DNA of 64,000 bases from a virus. The notes under the pieces are model-generated. The model saw only the letters and a list, made by a program, of their open reading frames with translations. It was not told the origin of the DNA and did no database searches. The stretch's first letter is position 1; each line of letters begins with the position of its first letter. Positions 1 to 9,223 of the stretch are shown here, one piece after another. Where the stretch lies: positions 1-64,000 of IMG/VR virus record IMGVR_UViG_3300045988_158059; one strand, written 5' to 3'. The translations under genes were made by a program, and so were the position numbers.

Positions 1-1
1 C

Positions 2-361
2 TTATAATCCTCCTAAACAATTAATATATTGTTTAACATTGCCATTATCATATGTCTTTGTAATCAATACGGCAGACACTGTTTGTCCTATTCTTCCATG
101 ATATTTACGATATGTACTTTCATCACTAAGTGAATATTCCACTCCGTTATAGTCTACCGTAATTTCATACTCGGCATAATCTGTCCGAAATTGTGGAACA
201 TGATTAATTATACCTATGAAACGAGTTTCTTTCGGTTTATAGTATTCATTAACAATTTTGACTTTTACACTTTCTTCTTTCTTATCAATACATTTAGCGC
301 AACCAGTCAACATAAATGCACTGATAAGCAGAAGAATTAATATAGTAGTTACCTTTTTCAT
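2..361 (-). CDS. putative lipoprotein
   Basis: Hydrophobic N-terminal signal peptide ending in the lipobox-like LTGC. Stop codon at the window edge (2-4). Confidence 0.45.
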   Translation of the reverse strand: MKKVTTILILLLISAFMLTGCAKCIDKKEESVKVKIVNEYYKPKETRFIGIINHVPQFRTDYAEYEITVDYNGVEYSLSDESTYRKYHGRIGQTVSAVLITKTYDNGNVKQYINCLGGL

Positions 362-415
362 TTTGATTCCTCCTGCAGTTCCTTTCTTGCTTTCATAAGA
401 ATTTATATGTAACTC

Positions 416-700
416 CTACTGTCCTTTATGTCTTGACATATCGACTGTTGTTTTAAAATATTTACCAATTGTTGCAATTGTTGCACAAATAACAGGGATC
501 ATTGGTTTCGTAAATCTAGTTGTATTAAATATGATATTTAATCCATTAACCAATGCGTCCCCTACAAAAAATTTCAGTATACATCCACCTATGTAAGCAA
601 ACATAAATGATAATGCCGGACTAATAACAAGAGTGAAAATCGCAAGGATGATTACTGTAAACGCACCTATTCCTTCTAATGTATTATCTTTTCTGTTCAT
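416..700 (-). CDS. small integral membrane protein
   Basis: 94 aa with two or three hydrophobic helices. No recognisable motif. Confidence 0.4.
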   Translation of the reverse strand: MNRKDNTLEGIGAFTVIILAIFTLVISPALSFMFAYIGGCILKFFVGDALVNGLNIIFNTTRFTKPMIPVICATIATIGKYFKTTVDMSRHKGQ

Positions 701-1109
701 TTAATTCCTCCGAATCTTTTTCATATTCAACTACAATTACATGTAATCCATATCTTCTTGCAGTATCAATCATATTTTTTGTACCTCGCGATTCACCATC
801 CCAAAATGCGATCAACGTACCAGAGCCTGATTCTGATGCAAATTTTGCCATTTCATTATTACGTCTAGGGCCAGCAGACTTTCCATAAACTCCCCATAAC
901 GCTTGAAATCTTATAACGGAGTAACCATTATCAAACGCATAACATTCACCAAGCCTATCTGCACCTTTTGCACCACCACTGATAACTCTAATTTGCTGAG
1001 TGTTATTAACTTGATTCTCTTCGATATAATCTGACACAGTTTTCTTAAGCAAACGATAATCATCAAAATCTCGTGAACCGGCTATAATAATATTCATCGC
1101 CTCGCTCAT
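684..1109 (-). CDS. DUF2493 / SLOG-superfamily Rossmann-fold protein (DprA/LOG-like)
   Basis: IIAGSRDF...ISGGAKGADRLGE matches the GSRDW...HGGA.GAD signature of the phage-associated DUF2493 proteins. Overlaps the upstream ORF by 17 nt. Confidence 0.55.
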   Translation of the reverse strand: MSEAMNIIIAGSRDFDDYRLLKKTVSDYIEENQVNNTQQIRVISGGAKGADRLGECYAFDNGYSVIRFQALWGVYGKSAGPRRNNEMAKFASESGSGTLIAFWDGESRGTKNMIDTARRYGLHVIVVEYEKDSEELNEQKR

Positions 1110-1606
1110 TCATCCAGCCTCCATAATTCCACATCATAATCTTTAAGTTCCTCTTCAATGATTTTATAAACCATTTCCCAGTCTGCTCCCCCTCTTCCAC
1201 AACCAATCTTATACGGAAGTGCTACTGAAGTTCTACAAAGATCTTTTCCTTCTAGTCCATTTTTTTCACGCCATACTCCAAAATGTTGCGAAATATATCT
1301 TAAACCATATCTAAAAGCTTCAAGATCTGTATACTGTTTACCATCATATCCATATTTATTTTGTGCGAATAAAGACAATACAATTTGACCTCTATCTTTC
1401 AATAAATATGCATCACACGTTCCGAGTAGTTCTTCCGACTCGAACTTACAAAACTCACAAAACTTTCTATAGTGTTTATAAATGCCTTCATCATAATCTC
1501 TTAATGCTTTAGCGACTCCAGTGTTCATTTCTCCTTGGCAGTTAACCTGATGAATTATAAAATCTGTCTTTGCATTAACGATATTACCTTCAATAATTTT
1601 AATCAT
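1106..1606 (-). CDS. macro domain protein, TARG1/OARD1-like ADP-ribose (1''-phosphate) hydrolase
   Basis: IIHQVNCQGEMNTGVAKAL and LPYKIGCGRGGADWEMV parallel the CISEDCRMGAGIA and MPRIGCGLDRLQWENV blocks of TARG1/OARD1. The start is placed at the internal MIKIIEG (ATG 1604-1606), preceded by an AGGAAAAG ribosome-binding site; the longest-ORF start would overlap the upstream gene. Confidence 0.75.
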   Translation of the reverse strand: MIKIIEGNIVNAKTDFIIHQVNCQGEMNTGVAKALRDYDEGIYKHYRKFCEFCKFESEELLGTCDAYLLKDRGQIVLSLFAQNKYGYDGKQYTDLEAFRYGLRYISQHFGVWREKNGLEGKDLCRTSVALPYKIGCGRGGADWEMVYKIIEEELKDYDVELWRLDE

Positions 1607-1616
1607 AAATCTTTTC

Positions 1617-2024
1617 CTATAAATCCTGAAATGTAAACTTCTCGCCACAGGAGCAAATCACTTCTCCAATAGTTCCGATTGATGTTGGTGTAAAGCACCA
1701 TGTAAGAGAGCCGCCTATGCAACCATGTCCCATTGCTCTCTGTTCCATAGTTTTCAAACCATGTTTCTCAGCATCATGTTTTAATTCCCACTCTCTGATT
1801 TTCTCTTGTTCTTTTTCTGAAATTGGAAATCCTCTATACAGATCCTCTTTCGCTTTTTTCAGTTCTGCTTCCATTCTCTGCATTTCAGAATCTTTATAAT
1901 GCTCATCTTTGAGCTTCTTGTTTTCTTCTTCTAAGTATTTAATTCGTTTTTCATAAGTATCTGCTTTATCAACAATCCCCTGACAAAGATCTGAAACTGA
2001 ATCCGTAAAATATGTACTACTCAT
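1617..2024 (-). CDS. hypothetical coiled-coil protein with C-terminal Cys/His cluster
   Basis: K/E-rich heptad region, then GHGCIGG...CSCGEKF, possibly Zn-binding. Located between the macro and KptA genes. Confidence 0.4.
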   Translation of the reverse strand: MSSTYFTDSVSDLCQGIVDKADTYEKRIKYLEEENKKLKDEHYKDSEMQRMEAELKKAKEDLYRGFPISEKEQEKIREWELKHDAEKHGLKTMEQRAMGHGCIGGSLTWCFTPTSIGTIGEVICSCGEKFTFQDL

Positions 2025-2026
2025 TT

Positions 2027-2566
2027 TTATACCTCCTTCATTAAATATTTCACTGGAACCCTTTTAGTCAGCCAAACTCCATTTTTAGATAAGTAAAATT
2101 TGTATCCATCTTTGTACATCTGTTCACTATTGATAGAATAAACAACTTCTTTACCATGTCTCTTGCCGACAGCTTTGGCGGTTTCAACATCTTTTGACAA
2201 ATGAACATATAAACGACTTTTAGGAATCAGTCCATTCTGATCAATAGACGCTATATATTTCTCGCCAGTTCCATGATAAAGAATTTTAGGTGGCTCTTTC
2301 TCTTCCAGTTCTACATCTACCGGAATTGAATGTCCCTGATTCGCTCTGATCAATGTCTTGTCATCATTGAAAGAATATCGCTGCTTATTGTCAGTCCGTA
2401 CAATTTCCTCTAAAAATTCTTTGTTGAATCCGGGATTGTTTTTAGCGATACCCTGAATCAGTTCTTCTACATTCGCCCAACCATGTTCATCTATAGTAAT
2501 ACCAATAACTTCAGGCTTATGTCTTAATATAAGACTTATATATCTACTAATACTTTGTAAATTCAT
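2027..2566 (-). CDS. kptA: RNA 2'-phosphotransferase KptA/Tpt1 family (NAD-dependent)
   Basis: [14 protein letters not shown]...GL..D..GW; RANQGHS; LYHGT; YVHLS. These are the hallmark Tpt1/KptA motifs. AGAGGAG ribosome-binding site upstream. Confidence 0.8.
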   Translation of the reverse strand: MNLQSISRYISLILRHKPEVIGITIDEHGWANVEELIQGIAKNNPGFNKEFLEEIVRTDNKQRYSFNDDKTLIRANQGHSIPVDVELEEKEPPKILYHGTGEKYIASIDQNGLIPKSRLYVHLSKDVETAKAVGKRHGKEVVYSINSEQMYKDGYKFYLSKNGVWLTKRVPVKYLMKEV

Positions 2567-2581
2567 TCTCTTTACTCCTCT

Positions 2582-3055
2582 TTACTCCATAAATGATGAA
2601 ACGTGTACAGTTACAAAATCACTATGTGCACGAATATAATCCAAAGTTTTTACTGTATCCTCTACAATTGCAATCTGAGACGGCTTAAGCCCAAGCTTTT
2701 GTTGCAGCGTCTGAAGCACAGTAAGTTTTTCTGTCTTTTCTAAAGTAAAATAGATATTATCATCCGGAAGGCCGTAATTATCTTTGATAAAAGCTCTTTT
2801 GCCGGGGATCTCACTGAAAGGACTCTTTGAACAAGCATATACTTTGTCAATACCTTTCTTTTGAATGAACTCTTGCATTAATTTAATCGGACGCACATCT
2901 TTATACGGATTCTCACTGGAAGCTACAAGTCTATCCCATTCATCATCAGTCATACTATGACTTAATTCAGAGAACTCATACGGAGCAAGTACTCCATCTA
3001 CATCCATTACTACAATCACATCATCTTTTAATAAATAATCTGTAATTTTACTCAT
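2582..3055 (-). CDS. HAD-superfamily phosphatase (Pnkp-phosphatase-like or nucleotidase-like)
   Basis: N-terminal VVMDVDGVLA carries the HAD motif I DxDG(T/V). Size (157 aa) is comparable to a stand-alone polynucleotide 3'-phosphatase domain. Confidence 0.5.
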   Translation of the reverse strand: MSKITDYLLKDDVIVVMDVDGVLAPYEFSELSHSMTDDEWDRLVASSENPYKDVRPIKLMQEFIQKKGIDKVYACSKSPFSEIPGKRAFIKDNYGLPDDNIYFTLEKTEKLTVLQTLQQKLGLKPSQIAIVEDTVKTLDYIRAHSDFVTVHVSSFME

Positions 3056-4523
3056 CTTTGTTTCCTCCGTTTAATCTTTCTCTAATGTCTTCAAATGTTT
3101 CTTTATTGCAAGCTTTCCCATCTACAAATACGGTACTTAACGCTCCGTCACGAAATACATCATTATACCCGTCTTCACACTGTAATTCTCCATTGTCATC
3201 GTAATATATACAACAACACCCTTTATGAGATTTTTTCAAATGACTCGTATCGGTTTTTGGATCTTTATAGATCATAATTGGCTCGCCATTGACAATTCCA
3301 TAGGTGGCTTTCATAGCAATACCAAACATATCTCTGGTTACAACAACCATATGTCCATCGGGTTCTATAACTGCTGAGAAGCAAAATGCTCCGACTCCGA
3401 ATACGATATTGTTTGCAGCAAATCCTTTTTTCTTCAGTTTTTCCCATACCTGCTTTACATTATTAAGAGTACATCCGTCCCCATAAATAATTCCAATGTG
3501 CGGATCAAGCACTTTATATCCCTTGCTATTTACTGTTCCGCCGAATGTATTCCAAAGCTTTTCAATTGTCTCTACAGCAATTTCTACCATATCTCCGGAA
3601 TCTGGACGAACCAGAAGTTTACCATTATGCTGCATGATTTCTTTTTTACAAGCCGGAAGAATATTATCAATCATATTCCAGTAATCATAAGTGTCAGATA
3701 CCATACTGAAAGATGCATTAGGATATAGTTCCGTAAGTAGTCTTTTTACAAATGTGATTTCATCACCGTCTACTGCATAATTTGAAGCCATAACTGAATG
3801 TTCTGTTGATACAGCACCAATTCCGATTCTTTTAGTCCAACAGCAAGCATCATAATACGTATCTATATAATCAATGGCCGGAATTGTACTTGTCTTATCA
3901 AATGATAATAACCAAGCAGATGAACATCTTACTGCCTCTTCCATACAAGACATTCCTCTCATACCAAAGTCTGAGCAGGCCATTTCAGGTCTTAAAAAGT
4001 CATCACAGGTCATTTTATAGTAGTCGTTTGCAAGTTCTCTATACATATGACCAATTGTTGCATGAGCACATGGTTTCCAGAGTTCAACCTGCAGGATACA
4101 TTCTATCCACTGTACTACCCAAGCAAAATCTGGATGTGTGTTTGTAATTTCGATGCATGGGATGCCCATTGGTACTAATGTTCCCTCCGGAATAGCACGT
4201 ATCTGAATTGGAAGATAACCTAATTTATGAAGTTTCATAATAGGCTCTAGGTCATAACTATTTCCTAACTGTATATCAATACTGTATTTATATGTATGCT
4301 CAACTTCTACTGCTGTTAATTCAAAAAAGTTTTTATTAAAATAATCAATCAGATATTCTTCAATAAATGCCTGTAGACCAAAGAATACCATTTTGTTCTG
4401 ATTCTTAAGCATTGATCGTCGTGGAGTCCAGTAGGAAACAAGTTTTGTTAATCCTTTTGGATAGATTTTATTATGAATTTGTTTATATGTATCTGAAAGT
4501 AAAATTGCTAAAGTATTATTCAT
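3048..4523 (-). CDS. nadV: nicotinamide phosphoribosyltransferase family (NadV/NAMPT-like or Namat-like)
   Basis: N-terminal LLSDTYKQIHNKIYPKGLTKLVSYWTPR parallels the NAMPT block [29 protein letters not shown]. 491 aa, typical for the family. Confidence 0.8.
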   Translation of the reverse strand: MNNTLAILLSDTYKQIHNKIYPKGLTKLVSYWTPRRSMLKNQNKMVFFGLQAFIEEYLIDYFNKNFFELTAVEVEHTYKYSIDIQLGNSYDLEPIMKLHKLGYLPIQIRAIPEGTLVPMGIPCIEITNTHPDFAWVVQWIECILQVELWKPCAHATIGHMYRELANDYYKMTCDDFLRPEMACSDFGMRGMSCMEEAVRCSSAWLLSFDKTSTIPAIDYIDTYYDACCWTKRIGIGAVSTEHSVMASNYAVDGDEITFVKRLLTELYPNASFSMVSDTYDYWNMIDNILPACKKEIMQHNGKLLVRPDSGDMVEIAVETIEKLWNTFGGTVNSKGYKVLDPHIGIIYGDGCTLNNVKQVWEKLKKKGFAANNIVFGVGAFCFSAVIEPDGHMVVVTRDMFGIAMKATYGIVNGEPIMIYKDPKTDTSHLKKSHKGCCCIYYDDNGELQCEDGYNDVFRDGALSTVFVDGKACNKETFEDIRERLNGGNKDE

Positions 4524-4532
4524 AACTCCTCC

Positions 4533-4874
4533 TTAATCATTCGCTTCTTTTACAAGCTCGTCCACATTGTCTTTCAAATATTGACTGACTTTAATATAAC
4601 CATCTGTATTATTCTTCTCTGCAAATCCTCTGAATTTTACTCTGGCAGGATAAGCATTTGAAACTGATCCGTCTTCTTCGATATCTACACAAATCGCCCA
4701 TCCGAATGTATGTAAAATCATATTAATCCACCAGAGAAATCCGTTATTCTTAAATTCTTCCCATGATTTCTTTTCTACCATTTGAATTTTCTTATACTTA
4801 TCACATGTACTATTCGGACTGCAATAACATCTATCATGTTTATGTACACACGTTTCGCAAATCTGTGCTTTCAT
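4533..4874 (-). CDS. hypothetical Cys-rich protein
   Basis: CETCVHKHDRCYCSPNSTCDKY cluster, possibly a Zn-binding module. No family recognised. Confidence 0.35.
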   Translation of the reverse strand: MKAQICETCVHKHDRCYCSPNSTCDKYKKIQMVEKKSWEEFKNNGFLWWINMILHTFGWAICVDIEEDGSVSNAYPARVKFRGFAEKNNTDGYIKVSQYLKDNVDELVKEAND

Positions 4875-4952
4875 ATACTATTTCTCCATTCCTCTTGCAT
4901 TCTTTCATATTTCACATTGATTCTCCGAAAAAAGATTGCTTTTTTGCATGTA

Positions 4953-5255
4953 TTATTCTTCAAATTCTTTCTGTGCCACAACTCTACAACCATAAAGTCC
5001 TAACAAATCATGTAAATCAAACTCTTCAATATCGTTCTCATCAGCAATCTTATCGCTATGCACAAGAATTTCATCATCCATCTCGGCAGCATGAATTGTC
5101 TGTCTAATAATACTTAACATAGTTTCAACTGCATACTCATAACCTTTAAGATTATCTTCATTCATATCACTCGTAATAGTGTCTTTCATTTTATTCATCT
5201 GTTCCTCTAAAAACTTTGGAACATTACAAACTGTAAACATCATTTCTTCATTCAT
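4953..5255 (-). CDS. hypothetical acidic protein
   Basis: ORF with codon usage consistent with its neighbours. No motif. Confidence 0.3.
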   Translation of the reverse strand: MNEEMMFTVCNVPKFLEEQMNKMKDTITSDMNEDNLKGYEYAVETMLSIIRQTIHAAEMDDEILVHSDKIADENDIEEFDLHDLLGLYGCRVVAQKEFEE

Positions 5256-5718
5256 CCTCTACTGGTTCATATTTTTTAAACAATCTACCCATTGTCAAAT
5301 GATTAAATTTACCCAAATCCATTGCACAAGCAACAACATTATGAGGTGTAGAAGCCCCAATAAATTCACATAAATATTCTGTTAATGATGAATATTCAAT
5401 ATCTGTTGATATTTCTTCATCCCCAGGTTTTCTAATCCATCCAATCATTTTCTTATGATTAATTGTTATTTCTCCTTTATCAAGTGAATATAATACACTA
5501 CCATTGCTACTTCTCCACCAAGCATCTTCACCTGCGAATTTAACAAATTCTTCTTCTGACATATCTGAGATCCTATTAAATGTTTCATCATACATTAACC
5601 AAACTTCATATCTATTACTCTTGTATGTGCATATCGCTCCACATTCTTTTTGGTAATCTAATAAATCTAATAATACAAAAAAGAATTGTTCAAGATTATT
5701 TCCTAAAATTTCTTTCAT
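5248..5718 (-). CDS. hypothetical protein
   Basis: 156 aa ORF in the operon. No motif. Confidence 0.35.
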   Translation of the reverse strand: MKEILGNNLEQFFFVLLDLLDYQKECGAICTYKSNRYEVWLMYDETFNRISDMSEEEFVKFAGEDAWWRSSNGSVLYSLDKGEITINHKKMIGWIRKPGDEEISTDIEYSSLTEYLCEFIGASTPHNVVACAMDLGKFNHLTMGRLFKKYEPVEDE

Positions 5719-5766
5719 TTTCTCACCACCCTAAAGGAATAATAATTTGTTTCATAATATTCCTCC

Positions 5767-6570
5767 TTATCTAAACCTCTCAACCAGTTCAATCTTAGGA
5801 CTTTCCAGATTTGTCAAGATCGTATCTGTCGTATAAATCTTCTCAATCAGTCCATTGTTTTTCAGAAGCTCTCCTTCATAAATAGTGTTTTCACAATGAG
5901 TTACATAAAGATAAATCTTACCTACACCGGCCTCTTTCAGCTTTTTAGCACTATAATAAAAAGTACCACCTTTGCTGCAGATATCATCTACAATCAGGAT
6001 GTCTTTACCTGGTAGCTGATCAATTTCACCTGATAAATCTAAGCCTTTAATCTCTCCGGTCTCCCAATCTCTATTCTTAATACCGAAAGCATATGGAAGA
6101 TGTACTGCTGAAGAATATCGCTTCATGGATCCCGCATCCGGATAAAACATCATAAGGTTATTACTCGCAATCTTCTTAACAGCATCCTCAATCATTCGAT
6201 TCGGGGATTCTACATGTACTTTATTAAATAATGCGGCAGATACATCAGAATGCGGATCTAAAACTTCTACTCTTCCAAAATGTAATGAATTAATAGTCTG
6301 AGCAAAATATTTTAAAGTAAATAATTCGTTCTCATGCTTGACTCGATCCATACGTGCATCTGGGATATAAGGCATATATAAATTAGGCACTACTCTATGA
6401 TCCCAACAATATCTAGTAATATATTCAACTGCTGTTAACTCTTCCATTGATTCAAAGAACCATTCAATATTATCTCTGCACCATCCTCCAATAGGAGGAA
6501 TATCCTTAAATAAGAATGTTCCATCCGGATATTTATCAAGTTTGATTTCTACGCCGTTTAATTTAATCAT
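5767..6570 (-). CDS. ribose-phosphate pyrophosphokinase-like (Prs/Adps family, type I PRTase fold)
   Basis: DILIVDDICSKGGT is the PRPP-binding loop. N-terminal domain as in Prs but shortened (267 aa). Confidence 0.7.
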   Translation of the reverse strand: MIKLNGVEIKLDKYPDGTFLFKDIPPIGGWCRDNIEWFFESMEELTAVEYITRYCWDHRVVPNLYMPYIPDARMDRVKHENELFTLKYFAQTINSLHFGRVEVLDPHSDVSAALFNKVHVESPNRMIEDAVKKIASNNLMMFYPDAGSMKRYSSAVHLPYAFGIKNRDWETGEIKGLDLSGEIDQLPGKDILIVDDICSKGGTFYYSAKKLKEAGVGKIYLYVTHCENTIYEGELLKNNGLIEKIYTTDTILTNLESPKIELVERFR

Positions 6571-7668
6571 TTAGTTCACCTCAAAATAAAAATATTTTAC
6601 TTCCCAATCGTCTTTAAATGTATCACGAACAGATAAAGCTATCTTTCCACATTCATTCATATGAGTCATAGCCAATGTCTTCCGACATGGGATTCCAGAG
6701 GTTTTTATGTCTGCTTGACATCTTTCATGTAATTCTTCCACATTTAACTTCCCATATCTTAAAGTATCCTGATGTGGATTTGGAACATTAGTTAAATCTT
6801 TTATGTCAGGATTAATTTCTTCCTTATTACATTCAGTTGGGAACGCACCGGCTCCATGCCGTGTCATATAGGTACGAGTCACATAACAGGCTTCTATATT
6901 GATTTCATCAGTCCAATTTACAGACTTTATAATTCTTGCAGGATTTTTAATACCAGTGTTGGATGGAGTAAGATGCGGATAATATTCAGTATTATTTTGA
7001 TCTAAAAGAAGCCCCTGCCCATTTTCAAATACTATGGTATCGTATCCATTAAGTAATTGATCATTACTTACAAAATGTACATGTGACATCATAAAATCAA
7101 GATCTTTATAGTAATGATCTCGAAGCCCAGGATTTTTTACGGGATGAAATAATTCTTCTTCCTGTTCAGATAATGTAATTCCCATATGTCTAAACATATC
7201 CATATAATATGACCATGACAATGAATATGAATTAATATGTTTTTTATAGCGTTGAATTGTATTATAAATCCCCATTCCACAGCTTCCGTGTTTATTGTTA
7301 CCACGACTTCGTTCAATAATTTGATTTGCCATCATATCAAAAGGATTTGTAATCATACATTTTTCATGAACATACACATGAGGTTCCCATCCTAATTTCT
7401 TTAACTCTTCCCATTCTTCCTTGAATACCAGAGGATTTAAAATAAAATCCTCCGGTAAATATGTATCTGCTCCATTTAATGTTCCAGAGCCGAAATGATG
7501 AAAGACATGCCGGGTTCCATCTGATTTTAATACTGTATGTCCTCTCTGAGCGCCGCCATTTGAACACACAACGATACAGTTATCTGCATTTTTAGTATAA
7601 TAATCTGTTAATTTACCCTTGCCCTCGTCACCAAAGTTTGCTCCGATGACAATTTTTATATCTTTCAT
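6571..7668 (-). CDS. adenylosuccinate synthetase family (PurA-like, possibly PurZ-like)
   Basis: GDEGKGK P-loop, GGAQRGHT (PurA GGHNAGHT), HGSCGMGI (PurA TTGRGIGP), FENGQGLLLD (PurA FEGAQGTLLD), GAGAFPTE. Only 365 aa; the C-terminal ~60 aa of bacterial PurA are absent. Confidence 0.8.
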   Translation of the reverse strand: MKDIKIVIGANFGDEGKGKLTDYYTKNADNCIVVCSNGGAQRGHTVLKSDGTRHVFHHFGSGTLNGADTYLPEDFILNPLVFKEEWEELKKLGWEPHVYVHEKCMITNPFDMMANQIIERSRGNNKHGSCGMGIYNTIQRYKKHINSYSLSWSYYMDMFRHMGITLSEQEEELFHPVKNPGLRDHYYKDLDFMMSHVHFVSNDQLLNGYDTIVFENGQGLLLDQNNTEYYPHLTPSNTGIKNPARIIKSVNWTDEINIEACYVTRTYMTRHGAGAFPTECNKEEINPDIKDLTNVPNPHQDTLRYGKLNVEELHERCQADIKTSGIPCRKTLAMTHMNECGKIALSVRDTFKDDWEVKYFYFEVN

Positions 7669-7680
7669 AAGTTATTCTCC

Positions 7681-8580
7681 TTACCAAACAATAGCTCCTG
7701 ATTCATCTGTCTCTGCAGAAATTACAGTGGATGAGACTACTACAGGTTCATTATTTTCTGCAGCCGCAACTACAATCTTTACAATTTCATCTGCAATATC
7801 ATCAAGACGATTAATGGTCCTAAAATGATTATCATCAAGATACTCTGAAAAAGACTCAACTATTCCTCTCTGGTCATATCCATCACGATGATTTACATTA
7901 ATGTGATAAATATCAAATTTCTCAGATGTTTCCATATATAAATCTTTAGTTTCTACATCGGCCTGAAGCGTATCGCCAGTTGTAATTCCTAATCCAGAGC
8001 GTCGTCCTGATACTGGTAAGTACGGATTAAGACGTTCGTCCCCAATTGTGATAATTACGCCTTTTTTACCCCTATTCCAACAATCAAGTTTTGTATGACG
8101 AGATCCAAAATACCAAGCAGCAGTATATGACTCGAAACAATTACCTCCGCCGCCAAATTCAAAATAGATTTTATCAAGCTGCTCCGCAATTCTAATATCG
8201 GATTCAAATTGTGATGCCTGAATTGGATAATTATCATATGCTAAATCACCAATACCCATAATCATAAATTCTACATCTTTAATCTGACCATATAATTTTG
8301 TCATGATTTCATTAAGTCTTTTTGCAATTTCTACTGCGGTCTGTCCCATAGATCCTGTGACATCCAAAGCTAAAATGACTGGTAAAGTATTCGGATGCTC
8401 TTCATTATCACAACATTCTCTAATAACACCTTTAGGATCGAGTGCTGCATCAATATTTTTTGCTTTAAACATTTCCTGATTAGAATAACTTCCTGTAACT
8501 ACTCCTCGTGAATCAGTGCCATATCCTTTTGATGTTGAATAACTTACAAAACTTCTAGTATCCCAACTTCCGCTTCCCAT
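7681..8580 (-). CDS. von Willebrand factor A (vWA) domain protein
   Basis: ALDVTGSM is the MIDAS DxSGS motif. Confidence 0.65.
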   Translation of the reverse strand: MGSGSWDTRSFVSYSTSKGYGTDSRGVVTGSYSNQEMFKAKNIDAALDPKGVIRECCDNEEHPNTLPVILALDVTGSMGQTAVEIAKRLNEIMTKLYGQIKDVEFMIMGIGDLAYDNYPIQASQFESDIRIAEQLDKIYFEFGGGGNCFESYTAAWYFGSRHTKLDCWNRGKKGVIITIGDERLNPYLPVSGRRSGLGITTGDTLQADVETKDLYMETSEKFDIYHINVNHRDGYDQRGIVESFSEYLDDNHFRTINRLDDIADEIVKIVVAAAENNEPVVVSSTVISAETDESGAIVW

Positions 8581-8582
8581 AA

Positions 8583-9215
8583 TTATTCATCCTCCTCTAA
8601 ATCATCTTCACTATCTTCTGTGTCTGTATCATCCATGCTAAAATCAAACATACCGTCAAATACATCCCCCATACCACCATTCATCATCATAAATGGCATC
8701 ATAGCGTTCATTGGATTACTGTCTGTTCCAGTTCCGGTACCGGCCGCTCCATTCATCATCTGAGACATCATCATGTATTTAAAGATTTTATTTGCACTAT
8801 TCTTATCTTTTCCAAGATTACTTCCGAACATAGATACAATTTTCCCATAGAAATAAGTATTGCCCATAAATACATGGCGCTCCGGCAGAATTGTTTCAAC
8901 TGTAGAATCTTCATAATTGATTACAGTGATCTTTGTTTTATCTGCTTCGATGACGCACTTAGGTTTGCCATTTACAAGGATGATGTCTCCTTTAGCCACC
9001 TTATTTGTTGGAATGACGAAGAAAAAGTTTTCATCTACTCCAGGAAATACAAAATTACCGCAGTTTGTGAGCTTTCCGGATTTAACATTGTAACTCTTAT
9101 ATCCATTGGAAGTTTTTACTGCAATATTACCGCTCATGGATAACTTACACATTCCACTACCAATTTTCCCAAACATTCCATTCATAAAATTATTCATCAT
9201 TTTAATTCCCTCCAT
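8583..9215 (-). CDS. hypothetical Met/Gly-rich protein with acidic tail
   Basis: Met-rich termini and a DDTDTEDSEDDLEEDE C-terminus. No family recognised. Confidence 0.4.
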   Translation of the reverse strand: MEGIKMMNNFMNGMFGKIGSGMCKLSMSGNIAVKTSNGYKSYNVKSGKLTNCGNFVFPGVDENFFFVIPTNKVAKGDIILVNGKPKCVIEADKTKITVINYEDSTVETILPERHVFMGNTYFYGKIVSMFGSNLGKDKNSANKIFKYMMMSQMMNGAAGTGTGTDSNPMNAMMPFMMMNGGMGDVFDGMFDFSMDDTDTEDSEDDLEEDE

Positions 9216-9223
9216 TGTTTAAT

